Source: Rhynchobatus australiae (Eukaryota). Taken from it: a DNA stretch of 64,000 bases. The position numbers and the translations under genes are program-made. The stretch's first letter is position 1, and each line of letters starts with the position of its first letter. The notes below the pieces were generated by a model. The model worked only from the letters and a program-made list of their open reading frames with translations, searched no databases and was not told the DNA's origin. Of this stretch, positions 26,520 through 38,985 are shown piece after piece. Where the stretch lies: positions 26,134,051-26,198,050 of the forward strand of contig JAUZTB010000048.1 of NCBI GenBank assembly GCA_034780895.1. Reading direction: 5' to 3'.

Positions 26520-26934
26520 TATACAAGTGGTCCTATTGACTGCCTGGTGGCATGTTTCCTACTGCACAAATCGGAGTTTAACCAACTAAAACCACCAGCA
26601 GTACCATGCATGTTTGGCTGTCTCTAATTTCTGTGTCAACCTACTTGTAAACTAGTTGAACTAACCTTAGAAAATTACATGCAAGTTGATGAGACCTAGA
26701 GTTTTGAGATGTGCATAGTATAATCAAGTAATCTGAAATTCTGCAAATTCAAATATTTTTCAATAGTTTAATTTGGATACTCTTCAAGATGGTGGTGGTT
26801 TCACTGTGTTCACACTGGCCAAAAACATACAAATCATGGTCGAGTACTGGAGGGAGATGGAGGTTGAGAGTTATTCACATTGAATTTTCTTTCAAAACTT
26901 TGTGAAATACTTTCACAAAATCTGATACATCAGT

Positions 26935-27250
26935 ACAGAAGTGCAGTGGATTGAGTTCTGCCTCACAGCTTCAGCAAGCCGGGTTTGATCCTAACCTCCA
27001 GCGTTGTCCATTGGGAGTTTGCATTTTCTCCCTGTGACTGTGGTGGTTTCCTCCCATATCCCAAAGATGGGTGTGTTTGTAGGTTAATTGGCTGCTGTAA
27101 ATTGCTCCTAGTATGTAGATGAATGGTAGAATATAGGGGCAGTTTGGGATAATCTGGGGAGAATAAAATAGGATTAGTGCAGAATTAATGCAAGTGGTGT
27201 GGACTAGTTGGGCCAAAGGATCCATCTCCATGCCATATCACTATGATTCT
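26935..27250 (+). mobile_element. V-SINE/HE1-like SINE, near full length
   Basis: tRNA-like head (gcctcacagc...gggtttgatcc), V-domain (ggagtttgcattttctccctgtgactg...ggttaattggctgctgtaaattgc) and CR1-like tail (gggccaaagga...ctatgattctatg). Confidence 0.75.
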
Positions 27251-29594
27251 ATGGTTCAATGACAGATGATTTAATGAATTTAAAAGTACTAATAAGAATT
27301 GAAAGAAATTTCCACATCTAAGATGCCAGAATATATTCAGTATCAACATTTACCTTCTCATCTGTCATAGAAAATTAGATGCCAACAACAGCAATTTCTC
27401 TGTGATCACCCCCAGGATGCACAGGGTTGATCCTTCCATTCCCCACCCCCAAACATTATGCCTTTAAGGGCAAGGTAGGTCAAACACAATAGTTCAATGC
27501 TAAAACCTTAAGTAATACATGCTTTTTAACATCTCACTACTAATCAAACCTACTCAATTTATAACATCCTTTATAATGCTCACTTCATCAGTAAACATTC
27601 AACAAGAGCAAAAGGCAGGGACAATCTGGTAGAGCAAGATCCAAAACTGACTTGAGAGTTGCCAATTTAACATCATGGTCTGTTGAGTGCAGAGATCCAA
27701 AGGTGTAATTTCACTTTTGACACTCTTACTCATGCAATGCTGCGCGATTCTATTTCCATGGTAAAATCAACAGTGAAATGGAAAAAGCTATCTGCACTGT
27801 ACTTCAGGCTTTCCACCATTATTTTTAGCCACTTGACTTCCTGAATATGAATTTAACCCCTTTATGGCATCCTTTGTGCCTAATGAAAAGTTGCAATTTT
27901 TCATTGGTGTTAATGCATGGAGAAGCTTTATCATTTATTGCCAGACCAGACTATTTGAAATTCATATAGTCAATGTCTTTATTACAGCTTAACCTGCAGC
28001 ATATGGCCATTTTAAGTCATTGCAATAAACAAAGCTGACCTTAAAAATTACATCCTGAATATGTTCCTTCCAAGACCAGAATATCTGCCCTCCTTTCTAC
28101 ATGTCCGAGTTTACTTCAAGCTAAATCATCATTATTCAAACTATGAATGTAGCACAACAGGTTTTTATTTCAAATTCATTTTGGAATGTAGACCTTGTTG
28201 GCAATATCAGTATCAATATAATTGGTCATTCTTTAAGCAATTAGTTCTCAGATATTTTCTTAAATGGCTCTAGTTCATGCCNNNNNNNNNNACAGCACAA
28301 TCTGCGATCAGAAAGTGTGGAGAATGATATTTCTTCCTTGCCTCAGGAGTCCTGCACTGCTGTGCTGAGCAACTGTGCACCAACTGGGTAACAAATCCAA
28401 CGTGCCCTTGACCAGGGGGTGAGTATTTTGAGATATTGAAAACTGCTAAGAGATGTTAATCTAGTTCAGTATTGTAATGGTGTAATGAAGGAGTATTTCA
28501 TTGTTGTAGGCTATGTACTTCAAATAAGACATTAAATGGAAGACCCACTGCAAAACAAAAAGTGAAAAACCATTGTTTGCCATTTCCCATCTCCCTGCCC
28601 AACAAGTCAAACTCAATCAATAAACTATTATTTACAGATAAAGCATCAGTTTGACTCAAAATTTATATGCAGCTCTACAACCTTCAGTACTTCCTCCAAC
28701 AGTTAATTTTACTCTTCTGTATTTATTGCACAAAGTGCAGATTCTTAAATGGCAACAAAAATGACAGTCACTAGGGAAAATTGCTTCCCAATGACATTAC
28801 TAAACTTCCAAGATAAAATCTGCATCAAAATGGAAGAAAAACTTCATTAGCATGGGGCAATAGTGTATGCCAATTCAAGAATGTTAAAAATTAAACAGTG
28901 ATCTAAAAGGAGAAAGGCAAAAGCCCAAATGGTTTTATAAACACTGGATTCCCTGGGCCCTAATTTGATAACTAAATCTGCTGTCAGAATTACTTGCTGA
29001 TATTGTTGCTTATTCATGTGTTATTTATTCGCAGAATCACACACAGATGGAATTACGCAAACAAGGAAAATATGACTGCTGTAGCACAAGCTTAAATCTA
29101 GGCTAATGTTATCCTTGCGGCATTTTCTTCAAAGCTGCATATAATATGCAATTGTGTTGTTTGAATTCATTTCAAGAAGAAAACATTGATAAAGCAAGTG
29201 GCATTTTCTAAATAAGTTACAATAACAAGTGCACCAATAGCAACCTACTATAACATTCATAAAACAAAACTCAAGAACAAGATTCAAATATTTAAATTGA
29301 TGTAAATTTTTTTATCATCACTAATAATTAGTCTGTGAGCACAACTGCAATCAGCAACTGTTAATTTTGAGGACTTGGCTTCAGTTTTCTGAATTTGCAA
29401 ATATATACAGAACTTGACTAGGTTAGGGAATAGAGCCTATTAGATCTATAGGCTGGCATTTAGAGAACTGATTCTGATGACTTAGCACTCCAATAATAGA
29501 GATTCAGCATCTAAATCAAAGTATGATTTATAAAGCAAAACTGGAAATAGCCAAAAGCAGAATGGTGTTAGATTATTTATAAAGTGAAAATTCT

Positions 29595-29802
29595 GATGCA
29601 CTACCATGGACTTGTCTTCAATTGTGCCTTTTTTTTTGCACTAAGATCTTGCTTTTGCACAGTCTGTTTTTTCAGTTTGGTATAATTTTATGTATAATTT
29701 ATATTCTGTGTGTTGTCTGTACCTATATGCCTGTGACACTACTGCAAGTTTTTCCATTGTACTGAACCTCACCATACTTGTGCACATCACAATAAACTCT
29801 AC
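29595..29802 (+). mobile_element. Rex-Babar-type 3'UTR fragment
   Basis: T-rich 3'UTR ending tgcaagtttttccattgtac...tacttgtgcacatcacaataaact. Confidence 0.5.
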
Positions 29803-32042
29803 TTAACTGACTGGCTTTCCTGCCTTGTTGGGTATTGTGAAACACTTGGAAAAAGTAGTGTTTAAATTCACTACTATTGATTGAATATTGTCTGTCATGT
29901 GCTTTTGTTCTTCAAAAAAAGACAGCTCAGAACATACTGACATGAATNNNNNNNNNNNNNNNNNNNNNNNNNNNNNNNNNNNNNNNNNNNNNNNNNNNNN
30001 TTGCAGAGGAAGCATGAGAGATCAAATGGTCTTTTCCTCCTTCTGTTTCTTTTGTGTTCCAAGGTGCAATAGCGGTTTCCCCCCATTAATCACGAAACCC
30101 AAGTAGACAAATATGTTTCCTAGCTGCTACAGGTTAAAAACACAGCAGTCATCAATGGTCCTGAACCACACAACTGTGGATAAACCATCATATAATTACA
30201 AGGCAAAATTCTGCACCTTTCTGATATCCAGTAATGCTGATGGTTTATGGTATTAACTTGAATTGTTTGGAACATCAAACTTAGCCACATTTAATTGAAA
30301 TGTATGCAAAATTGCCCCTTTTGCTGAAAGATTTTCACGAATTACAAGAGCAACAATTTCAACCATAATCATCCTCTCATTGTGCCATGACAATGAACAT
30401 GGTCAATTATTCATCTCTAGCATGGGTTATTGGGTAAAAATGAGCACTAATGATCCAGGCTAATGTTCTCTCTCACAAACCAACTTCATTTTGCCCATCC
30501 CAGATTAGAAATTAGACCTAGAATCATGTCCAAATTATGGCTCATTAACTCTCTGAATAAACACATTTGAGGCAAGTCAGGCAAAGAGTTTTAACATTTT
30601 TATTCAGCTGGATCTCAGCTATAAATCATGCAAGGGCATATCAAGATCAAAAATGCAACAACCATCAACAAATTAGTTTTGCTTTCAACAAATTAAAGAT
30701 AGATTAGATTGGTTTGAGAAGTCTTCATCCATTCCCTTCTGGGCATGAGCCCAGAAGAACAATTACTAATTTTGCAGTAATTGCCTATATTACCTTTGTG
30801 TACCCAAGGATAGCTAGTTAGTGAATGGAATTCAGTTGGGAAAGCAGAGGGACATTTGACAAGTGCACGGTTTTTGGATACAACAGCCCACAGGCATTTT
30901 AAAAAAAATACATATATTTCCCCTATGTCCTTTATTGTTAAAACGTTAAATTGAAATTCTAGTAACACAGTCACAAGTACATTTCTGCATCATGACTCTT
31001 TTGTATTAATTTCTATCAGTGTTATATAACACCATAGAAATATTATAAAATCTGATCATTTAATTCCCAAACTGTTCTATGCCATTACAAAATAAAGCAG
31101 TGACTGTGGGAGGGGAGTGAGGGGTAAAAAAAGAAGTCATTACTTTCATTAACCATTATTTAATAGTAGTGCTCACAACAACTGCTGATAACTAAAGCAA
31201 GTTCCGCCGATACATTTCTTTTTGGAACAAAAGATGTACTAAATTCATAACACTATGAAATTTTATTACAAAATGTTTCCATTACACACAAACCTACAGT
31301 TTTATAGACACCATTACAGCAGTGTCAACTCAAATCCAGTCTACCATTTTATAAATAGCATTTTTACAGAACCCACCACCTCTTTTGGTGCTTCATAAGC
31401 TATGCATTAGTTTATCATAGAGTTATTGCACTGCAGGTCAATGGGGCATCTTTGCTGTAAACAAAAACAAAGTTTTACACACAGCAGTAAGTTAAATCTT
31501 GTGTGATCTTATTCTGAAGACTATTGGAGACAGTTATGAAACTCCTTACTCATCATCAGAAATGCAGTGTGATCCTTAACAATGAGTGAGGGGTTCAATG
31601 CACCAACCTGTCCGCATGGTTGTGAAATACCACTCCAGTCTACTTCCATGTCGTTTTGACTTGGAAACTACTTCATTAACACAAAATAATTTTTTTTAAA
31701 AATTATAAATGATATAATTACTTAGTGCTTTAGATTAAAAAAATCAGATAAGGCAGAAAGCAGCCAAAAGCAAGAGTGCTGGCAACCATAATGGATCACA
31801 GTACTACATTTTATGCACTGATGTCTAAACCACATCCTCCCGGCCAAATGTCAATCCAAGCCTCAGTGTTGGGAGCTAAATATCTACATGTGCTCTTTTT
31901 CATACTTCATTGTCTAACCACTTTCAATTTTCTGGGCTAGAAGATATAGACAATGCCGATGTTGGCTTTGGACATGGACAACACCCAGCTGTTGCCTCTT
32001 CAGAATACCACAACTTCCTCCTGTTAAATAGTGAAAACCAAA

Positions 32043-32858
32043 ATTGGTAAATTGGTTTATTATTGTCACATGTACTGAGATACAGTGAAAAACTTGTCTT
32101 ACATACTACTCATACAGATCAATTCATTACAACAGTGCATCAAGATAGTACAAGGTAAAACAATAATAGAGTGCAGAATAGTGTTACAGTTACAGAGAAA
32201 GTGCAGTGCAGGTAGACAATAAGGTGCAAGGTTATAATGAAGTAGATTGTGAGGTCAAGAGTCCATCTTATCATACTAGGGAACCTTTCAATAGTTTTAT
32301 AACAGTGAGATAGAAGCTGTCCTTGTGTCTGGTGATATGTGCTTTCAGGCTTTTATATCTTCTATACAATGGGGTGGAGAAGAGAGAATGTCAGGGTGGG
32401 TAGGGTCTTTGATTATACTGGCTGCTTTACTGACGCAGCGAGAAGTGTAGGCAGAGTCAATGGAGGGAAGGCTGGTTTCAATGATGGACTGAGCTGTCGC
32501 CACAACTCTCTACAGTTTCTTGTGGTCTGAGGCAGAGCAGTTGCCATACCAAGCTGTGATGCATCCGGATAGGATGCTTTCTATGGTGCATTGATAAAAA
32601 TTGGTGAGGGTCAAAGGGGACATGTGAAATTTCTTTAGCCTCCTGAGGAAGTAGAGGCACCGGTGAGCTTTCTTGCCATGGCATCTACCTGGTTGGACCA
32701 GAACTGGTTATTGGTGATGTGCACTCTGAGGAACTTGAAGCTCTCAGCCCTCTCAACCTCAGCACCATTGATGTAAACAGAAGCATGTGCACTGCCCCCC
32801 TTCCTGAAGTCAATGACCAGCTCTTTTGTTTTGCTGACATTGAGGGAAAGGTTGTTGT
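32043..32858 (-). mobile_element. Rex-Babar LINE, 3' portion (runs into an assembly gap)
   Basis: Tail ggtaaattggtttattattgtcacatgtac; minus-strand RT-region peptide NNLSLNVSKTKELVIDFRKG; highly similar to 33409-34410. Confidence 0.85.
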
Positions 32859-33195
32859 NNNNNNNNNNNNNNNNNNNNNNNNNNNNNNNNNNNNNNNNNN
32901 NNNNNNNNNNNNNNNNNNNNNNNNNNNNNNNNNNNNNNNNNNNNNNNNNNNNNNNNNNCGATCTGATTCCCCAACCCTGGGAAAAAGACTGCAGTCTTGT
33001 GTACTTTTGCCCTAACTAATATTCTTCATCAATCCATCGGTACAAATGGTGAATAAGTATCCAGTGATCTTCTACATCCCATCCAAAAAGTACAGATACA
33101 TGTTTTTAGAGTGCGCCGCATTTAATTGGCCATACCATCCACTGCAATACCCCTATTTGTATCCACCAAGCACTTACTTTTTGAAAGTCTGGAGA

Positions 33196-33215
33196 TCTCC
33201 ACCAGAGGGCAGCCT
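33196..33215 (+). promoter_or_regulatory. CTCF core motif
   Basis: CCACCAGAGGGCAGC (core at 33199-33210) matches CCASYAGRKGGC plus the usual 3' extension. Confidence 0.55.
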
Positions 33216-33408
33216 TGCCTGCTTGTGAGTGGCAGCGGTTGTAAGTCAAATTGATGGCGTTGCTTGTTACCTTGGTGATACAGGTTAACCTTAGCATGTG
33301 ATTTTCCTGACAATGGTGTGCATACATGCACTGGTCTGCCTTCACACCTTTAACCCTCTATAAGTCTGGCCCCATCCTGTGCCTTAACCTGCAGTGCCTC
33401 AGGAGTCA

Positions 33409-34410
33409 GTAAATTGGTTTATTATTGTCACATGTACTGAGGTACAGTGAAGAACTTTATTTTGCATGCCATCCAGACAGACCAATTCATCTCACAGTGC
33501 ATTGAGGGTAGTACAAGCGAAAACAATAACAGACTGCAGAATAAAATGTCACAGCTACAGAGGAAGTGCGGTGCAAGGCCAAACCAAAATAGATTATGAG
33601 GTCAAGAGTCCATCCTATCGTACTAGGGGATGGTTCAATAGTCTTATAACAGTGGGATAGAAGCTGTCCTTGACCTTGGTGGTACGTACTTCTAGGCTTT
33701 TGTATCGTCTGCCCAATAGGAGAGGGGAGAAGAGAGAATGTCAGGGGTGGGTGGGGTCCTTGATTATGTTGGCTGCTTCACTGAGGCAGCGAGAAGTGTA
33801 GACAGAGTCCCTGGAGGCGAGGCTGGTTTCCGTGATGTGCCAGGCTGTGTCCACAACTCTCTGCAGCTTCCTGCAGTGTTGGGCAGAGCAGTTGCCATAC
33901 CAAGCCATAATGCGTCCAGATAGGATCCTTTCAGTGGTGCATCAATAAAAATTGGTGAAGGTCAAGGGGGACATGCTAAATTCCTTTAGCCTCCTGAGGA
34001 AGCAGAGGCACTGGTGAGCTTTCTTGGCCGTGGTGTCTACGTGGTTGGCCAGGACAGGTTGTTGGTGATGTTCACTCCCAGATCAACCCTCTTGACCTCA
34101 GCACCATTGATGTAAACAGGTACGTGTGCACTGCCCCCCTTCCTGAAGTCAATGACCAGCTCTTTTGTTTTGCTGACATTGAGGGAAAGGTTGTTGTCAT
34201 GACATCCTGTTACTAAGCTCTCCATTGCCTTCTTGTACTCCAACTCATCATTATTTGAGATATGACCCACTACAGTGGTACAATCTGCAAACTTGGACAG
34301 AGTCTGGCTACACAGTTGAGAGTGTATAGGGAGTAGAGTAGGGGGCTGAGGACACAGCCCTGTGGGACACCAGGGCTGAGGATAATTGTGGCAGGGGTGT
34401 TGCTGCCCAT
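33409..34410 (-). mobile_element. Rex-Babar LINE, 5'-truncated, with frameshifted reverse transcriptase
   Basis: GVPQGCVLSPLLYSLYT, then KFADCTTVVGHISNNDE...NNLSLNVSKTKELVIDFRK...LGVNITNNLSW; the catalytic ADD is degraded to ADC. Confidence 0.9.
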
Positions 34411-34589
34411 ACTTACTAAAAACTGGCAATGGCCTTCGTAATAACTCTAACTATCACCACCATATCTATAACATCTGGTCACCATCTCAGGATAAACTGA
34501 GCTCTTTCAGTGTTTGGAAGAATAAAAGGTTATCTCATTGCAATTTACAAACTACTTATTGGGCTTTAAAGAATAAATACAAGGATGAC

Positions 34590-34835
34590 TTCTTTCCCTT
34601 AGCTTGGATGTCTGGAACAATGCATCACAATCTCAAAATTAAAGGGTTGGTCATTTCAGAGGCTCATATCACCAAACATATTCAAATTGATAGATTTTTT
34701 AAGATATTAAGGGAATCAAGAGTTACGAGGCTAGTATAGGAAAGTGGCACTGAGAGGCATGATCAACCATGATCTTATTGAATGCAGGATCAGGTACAAG
34801 GGGCCAAAAGGTCAACTCCCATTTATACTTCTTAT
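34590..34835 (+). mobile_element. CR1 LINE 3' end
   Basis: FFPL......HNLKIKG and IDRF motifs; tail gatcaaccatgatcttattgaatg...aaggggccaaa...cttcttatg. Confidence 0.7.
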
Positions 34836-34849
34836 GCTCTTTTAACCAC

Positions 34850-35230
34850 AAATGCAGTCCATTTCCAATGCCATCAATCTCTCTTTTCCTGCAACACTTG
34901 AACTCTCATCTATATCCACCCAACTTCCAGACCAGAAAACATCAGTTGTTTTCTTCTGGCTGTTCTCCATCCAAAAATAATATTGTTCATTTTGTACAAG
35001 TCCTATTCACCATCACTCTGATCCATACTTGCTACTAACTCTTCATCTTAAAATTTCAAGTTAATATCACATTACATTCTTCCCTTTGGTCTGTGTAACC
35101 AAAGTCTTGCTGACCCAATCCTCAAGCCTTTTAGTAACTTTCTCCCTTATCTCCTTACCAGATCTCACTTTGTTCTATCACCCTTTGTACCATCTCCTCC
35201 ATTTTATATATTGTCTACTTATGGCTCATC
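34850..35230 (+). mobile_element. Possible highly decayed L2-type LINE RT fragment
   Basis: Pyrimidine-rich; weak resemblance to the LL.LLDLS.AFD..DH region. Confidence 0.25.
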
Positions 35231-35541
35231 CAAAGTAGAAAGAGTGTGAAATAAAGCTGAAGAAGATTTATATGAAGCAATCTTAAATTTTATCAGCAAT
35301 GTTTTTAGAGCTTGCACTACCAGTGAGACAGCAATGTACCTGGCATCCTCTTAGAGAATGACGATAGACAAGGCCCATACGCCTCAGATGTAGACACCTG
35401 TACAATGACAACAGTTTTAGGCTCTGGTAAAACTCTGGTGATTGATTAAGTAAAGAACTTGATCATTCAGTTTTCAGATAAGTTAAGAAGATTCATCAAA
35501 TTCAATAACAACAATGTTAGTGAACAAGGAGACAAAATAAT

Positions 35542-35565
35542 GAGAGAGAGAGAGAGAGAGAGAGA
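35542..35565 (+). repeat. (GA)n microsatellite
   Basis: 12 GA units seen directly. Confidence 0.95.
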
Positions 35566-37739
35566 AAAGATCAGAGCACAGGTTTCAGACTTTTGAAATA
35601 ACAGGTGAATGGTAAAGAAACATGAGCCATCCATACCCTATCCAATTAATAAGTGGTCCACATTTCTAACGATAGGGCAGCAAAGATTCTCCCTGGCTAA
35701 CAGGGCAGTGAAGACTAACCTTAAGACATGTGAAAACAGTCACTGGAAAAGGTTACCAGATGACACCTGGAAACTGGAGTAAACTAATGAATGTACCGTT
35801 CTACTTATCGAACTCCAAGTATTTTAACTTCACACACAGGGTGCAGCATTAGGAACAAAACAGTAAACCAATGTGTGTGATTCTTGCCATCTATCCCAAG
35901 TTGGACCACAGTTTACATTTATGCCTACAGTGCCAAGGGATATTGTGAGAAGCCCTTTAAACATTTGTGCTTTGCTCAAAATGGAGATACGTATATAAAG
36001 GAAGCGGTGATTCTCAATTATTAGGTGATATAGATAGCCACAAGTAATCGAGTCACAAAGTAGTTTGTATTATGTTGATCTAGTCTTGTAACTATTCTCC
36101 AGTTATATTAAATTAGTCAAATTTAAAACTGAATTTCACTCACATGCTCCCCTTCAATTCTGAATACATTTCTTTAGAAATTCAACAACTTTACCCCCAT
36201 CATAATGGTTTACTCTTCATCAAATTTTGCATTGTTCTGAAATTAAAACTCAGAACAAATAGTATTAAGTTAAATTCACCTGCAAGAACAAATCCATTAC
36301 ATTTTCTGAACAAGACACTATAACCCACTTTGTTAATCTACTGCAGTAAACTGGGGAACCCTCCTCAGAGGGGAAACACAACGACAGATGTGCTTGAGCA
36401 ATGATTGTACAACCTCAGGCGTACTGCCAACAGGCACTCCTCCAAGAGAGTCAGCTCCATATCAATAGTGGATAATGAAGGCTTCTTCAGGCAAGAGCAT
36501 AAAGCTAGCAATAAAATGGCATAAAGCTACTCAAACGAGAAGATTGCTGCATTGCTTCTGCCAGTTGCAAACCTACATAAAGACAAGACCAAATTGAAGC
36601 AATTCAAAGCACATGGGACTGCTAACTTGTATCACTGTCTTGCAGCTTATTGGCGAGTTAGGGTCATCCGACCGCCTGGCAGACAGAAAATAATACAAGT
36701 TTCTTGGAGAAGGGCAGCAACCATTGGACACAGACCAAGATGCCACTACCACACACAGGGTCAGTATTGTTCACTATTATTCATCATCTCTCTCAGTGCA
36801 TTTATCATTCAATTAAGTCTGTGTTCACACCAAGCTCAGCAGAAAAGAGCCTTCAATCAGACAGCAAACCTCACCAACACCATACCTCAAAGCGGTTCAT
36901 AGTTGTCACTCGAGCTTTGTCTTTTCAGCAAAAGAGTACTGTTTGCAAATGTTTGGCAGCTGTTTTGCTCTTCAAGAGGGATACAGGAGTGTTTGTCTGT
37001 AACAACAAATCTCATTGCTTTTTAGTTGAGGAGTTTTATTCATTCAATTTGATCACTCTAGCCTTTGTGCTTAGTTTGTCAGATCATTGTACTGTACATA
37101 CTTAAACAGGAAAAGTTTCAAATGCACTGACACTGAAGAGGCTCTGGAACATAATGGCTATACTAAGCTACTTTGAAATGAAGTCTAATTTAATAAAATA
37201 TACAGTTTTTAGTATCTGCAACCAATGAAAAAGTTTTGAAGAAATCTTTTGAATCCCAAAGAACACTTCAGCAACAATGCAGATCTGTGATTAGGTCATG
37301 CTGGACTCAGACACATGCAGTAGAGGGCAGAGCTACACAAACAGATCCAACACTTGGCACAGAAGCTAGACAGTGCTAACAATCTAGAAGTGAAATGTCA
37401 AAATCTTCAAATGTTGAATAGTGTACAGTCTTTAGTCAATCTGACAGTAGAATAGATTTGGATTTAACAGTCTTGTCTTTCATTAGTCTAGCCTAATGCA
37501 GAAAGGAAATATTTTAGCATTTTCCAAAGATGCACTGATCTCACAACCCAGTGGACTAACCCTCCTTGAAATAGCGCAAAATTTCAGACCAAGTGTCAAA
37601 ATGTTTGCCTACCACAAACTTCAAATTAATTTCTATGATTGTTTAGAAATTTAACTGTGCCATTAGGTATAATAAGAAATGAACATCAAGGACACTAATT
37701 ATACTTGTCTTGCATAAGACCAAAGCTATTAGTTTCAGG

Positions 37740-37990
37740 TTCCCCAAGGACAGGACAGGTGCAGCTGGCTGAAAGCCAGACGCAAAACCACCGAGACTTG
37801 GGGTGGGGTGCCTGGAAGACTACATGCCACCAGAGTCCTGCCGCCTTACATTTGCCCTGCAGCCAGTCTCCTCAGATCCCACTTGGGCAAGTGCAGGTCC
37901 TGCAGGACTGGTGCGATACAAAAGCATCATCCTTCCAGACAAATGTCTGGGAGCAATTCCAGATCCTGACAGTGTGAGGAAACTGAATTA
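37740..37990 (+). mobile_element. Possible Tx1/L1-like ORF2 C-terminal fragment
   Basis: GC-richer patch; NHRDLGW resembles the Tx1 KHQDLAW motif; weak. Confidence 0.25.
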
Positions 37991-38689
37991 ACAGGAACAG
38001 TTGAAGGAGATGATTGAATAAACAGCAAGAAATAAGCAGCACAGCTCTTTAAAATTTTAGCAGGTCTCCATTCCTTTTATTACATTAATGCTACAGATTG
38101 AAGCCAGCTTTAGTCTTCACTACTAAATTATTCTCTGGATTAATGATTACAGCCTTGAAATTACTGTGGATATTATTAATACTTAACAAGCACGGATCAG
38201 ATTCCTCCAACAGCTATTTTCAGAGATGCTAGACTATTTAATATAAATGGATGAACACCTCTTAAAATAGCAGAGAAATGTGAAATGAACATAGTTGCTT
38301 GATGATATCAGCAATAGCGATTATAAACTTTTTAGTTAGCTTCTTCCGTTGCTAATTTAGTTTCAAAAGACTGGGGTCAATAACTCACTTTTCTCCCTTC
38401 CTGCACAGCTACATTAATGCTCATCATTTAAACAAGAACAAAGTACATTATGAATCACTCTCCAAGAAATGGCTTAAATATCACTGGTTATAAAATTCCC
38501 TTCTCCATCTTATGTTAGAAGCACCAAAAGAATAACTTTTTCTCTTTGCCCTGCTCTTACAAAAAGCAATAACCTGTAGCAGCAATCAAGTTCTGCAAAG
38601 CAGTTTTATCAAAACAGGACAGTTTACATTGTACACACTCTTTTCACAATCATAATTCCTCAGTCCCTAGTCAAAAACTCTTGTTCGTT

Positions 38690-38985
38690 TATAGCATTGG
38701 AGAACATTGCAGCACAGAAATATTCCATTGGCTCCATCGTCCATACCAGTGATGTGTCCCACAATTTTTGCTCTTTTGCTTACTGTCATTCAAGGAATTA
38801 TCTAATTACCTGAAATTATGCATTCTGCTTCAATACTATTTTGCAGTAGATAAGTACACCAAGAAAATTAATTCTGACTTCTCCCTTTAATTCTCAAGTC
38901 ATTTCTCATAACCACATCACTAAATAACCCATCATTATTTTTCAGATTTTCATTAACCTTGTATAATTGCCCCTTATGGTCAGTG
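38690..38985 (-). mobile_element. Decayed CR1 3' fragment
   Basis: Begins with a gcagcacagaaa..ccattggctccatc tail motif; later ctccctttaatt...ttaaccttgtata. Confidence 0.4.

Noticed and set aside
26935-27010. tRNA gene
   Set aside because: Decayed tRNA-derived SINE head with no intact cloverleaf
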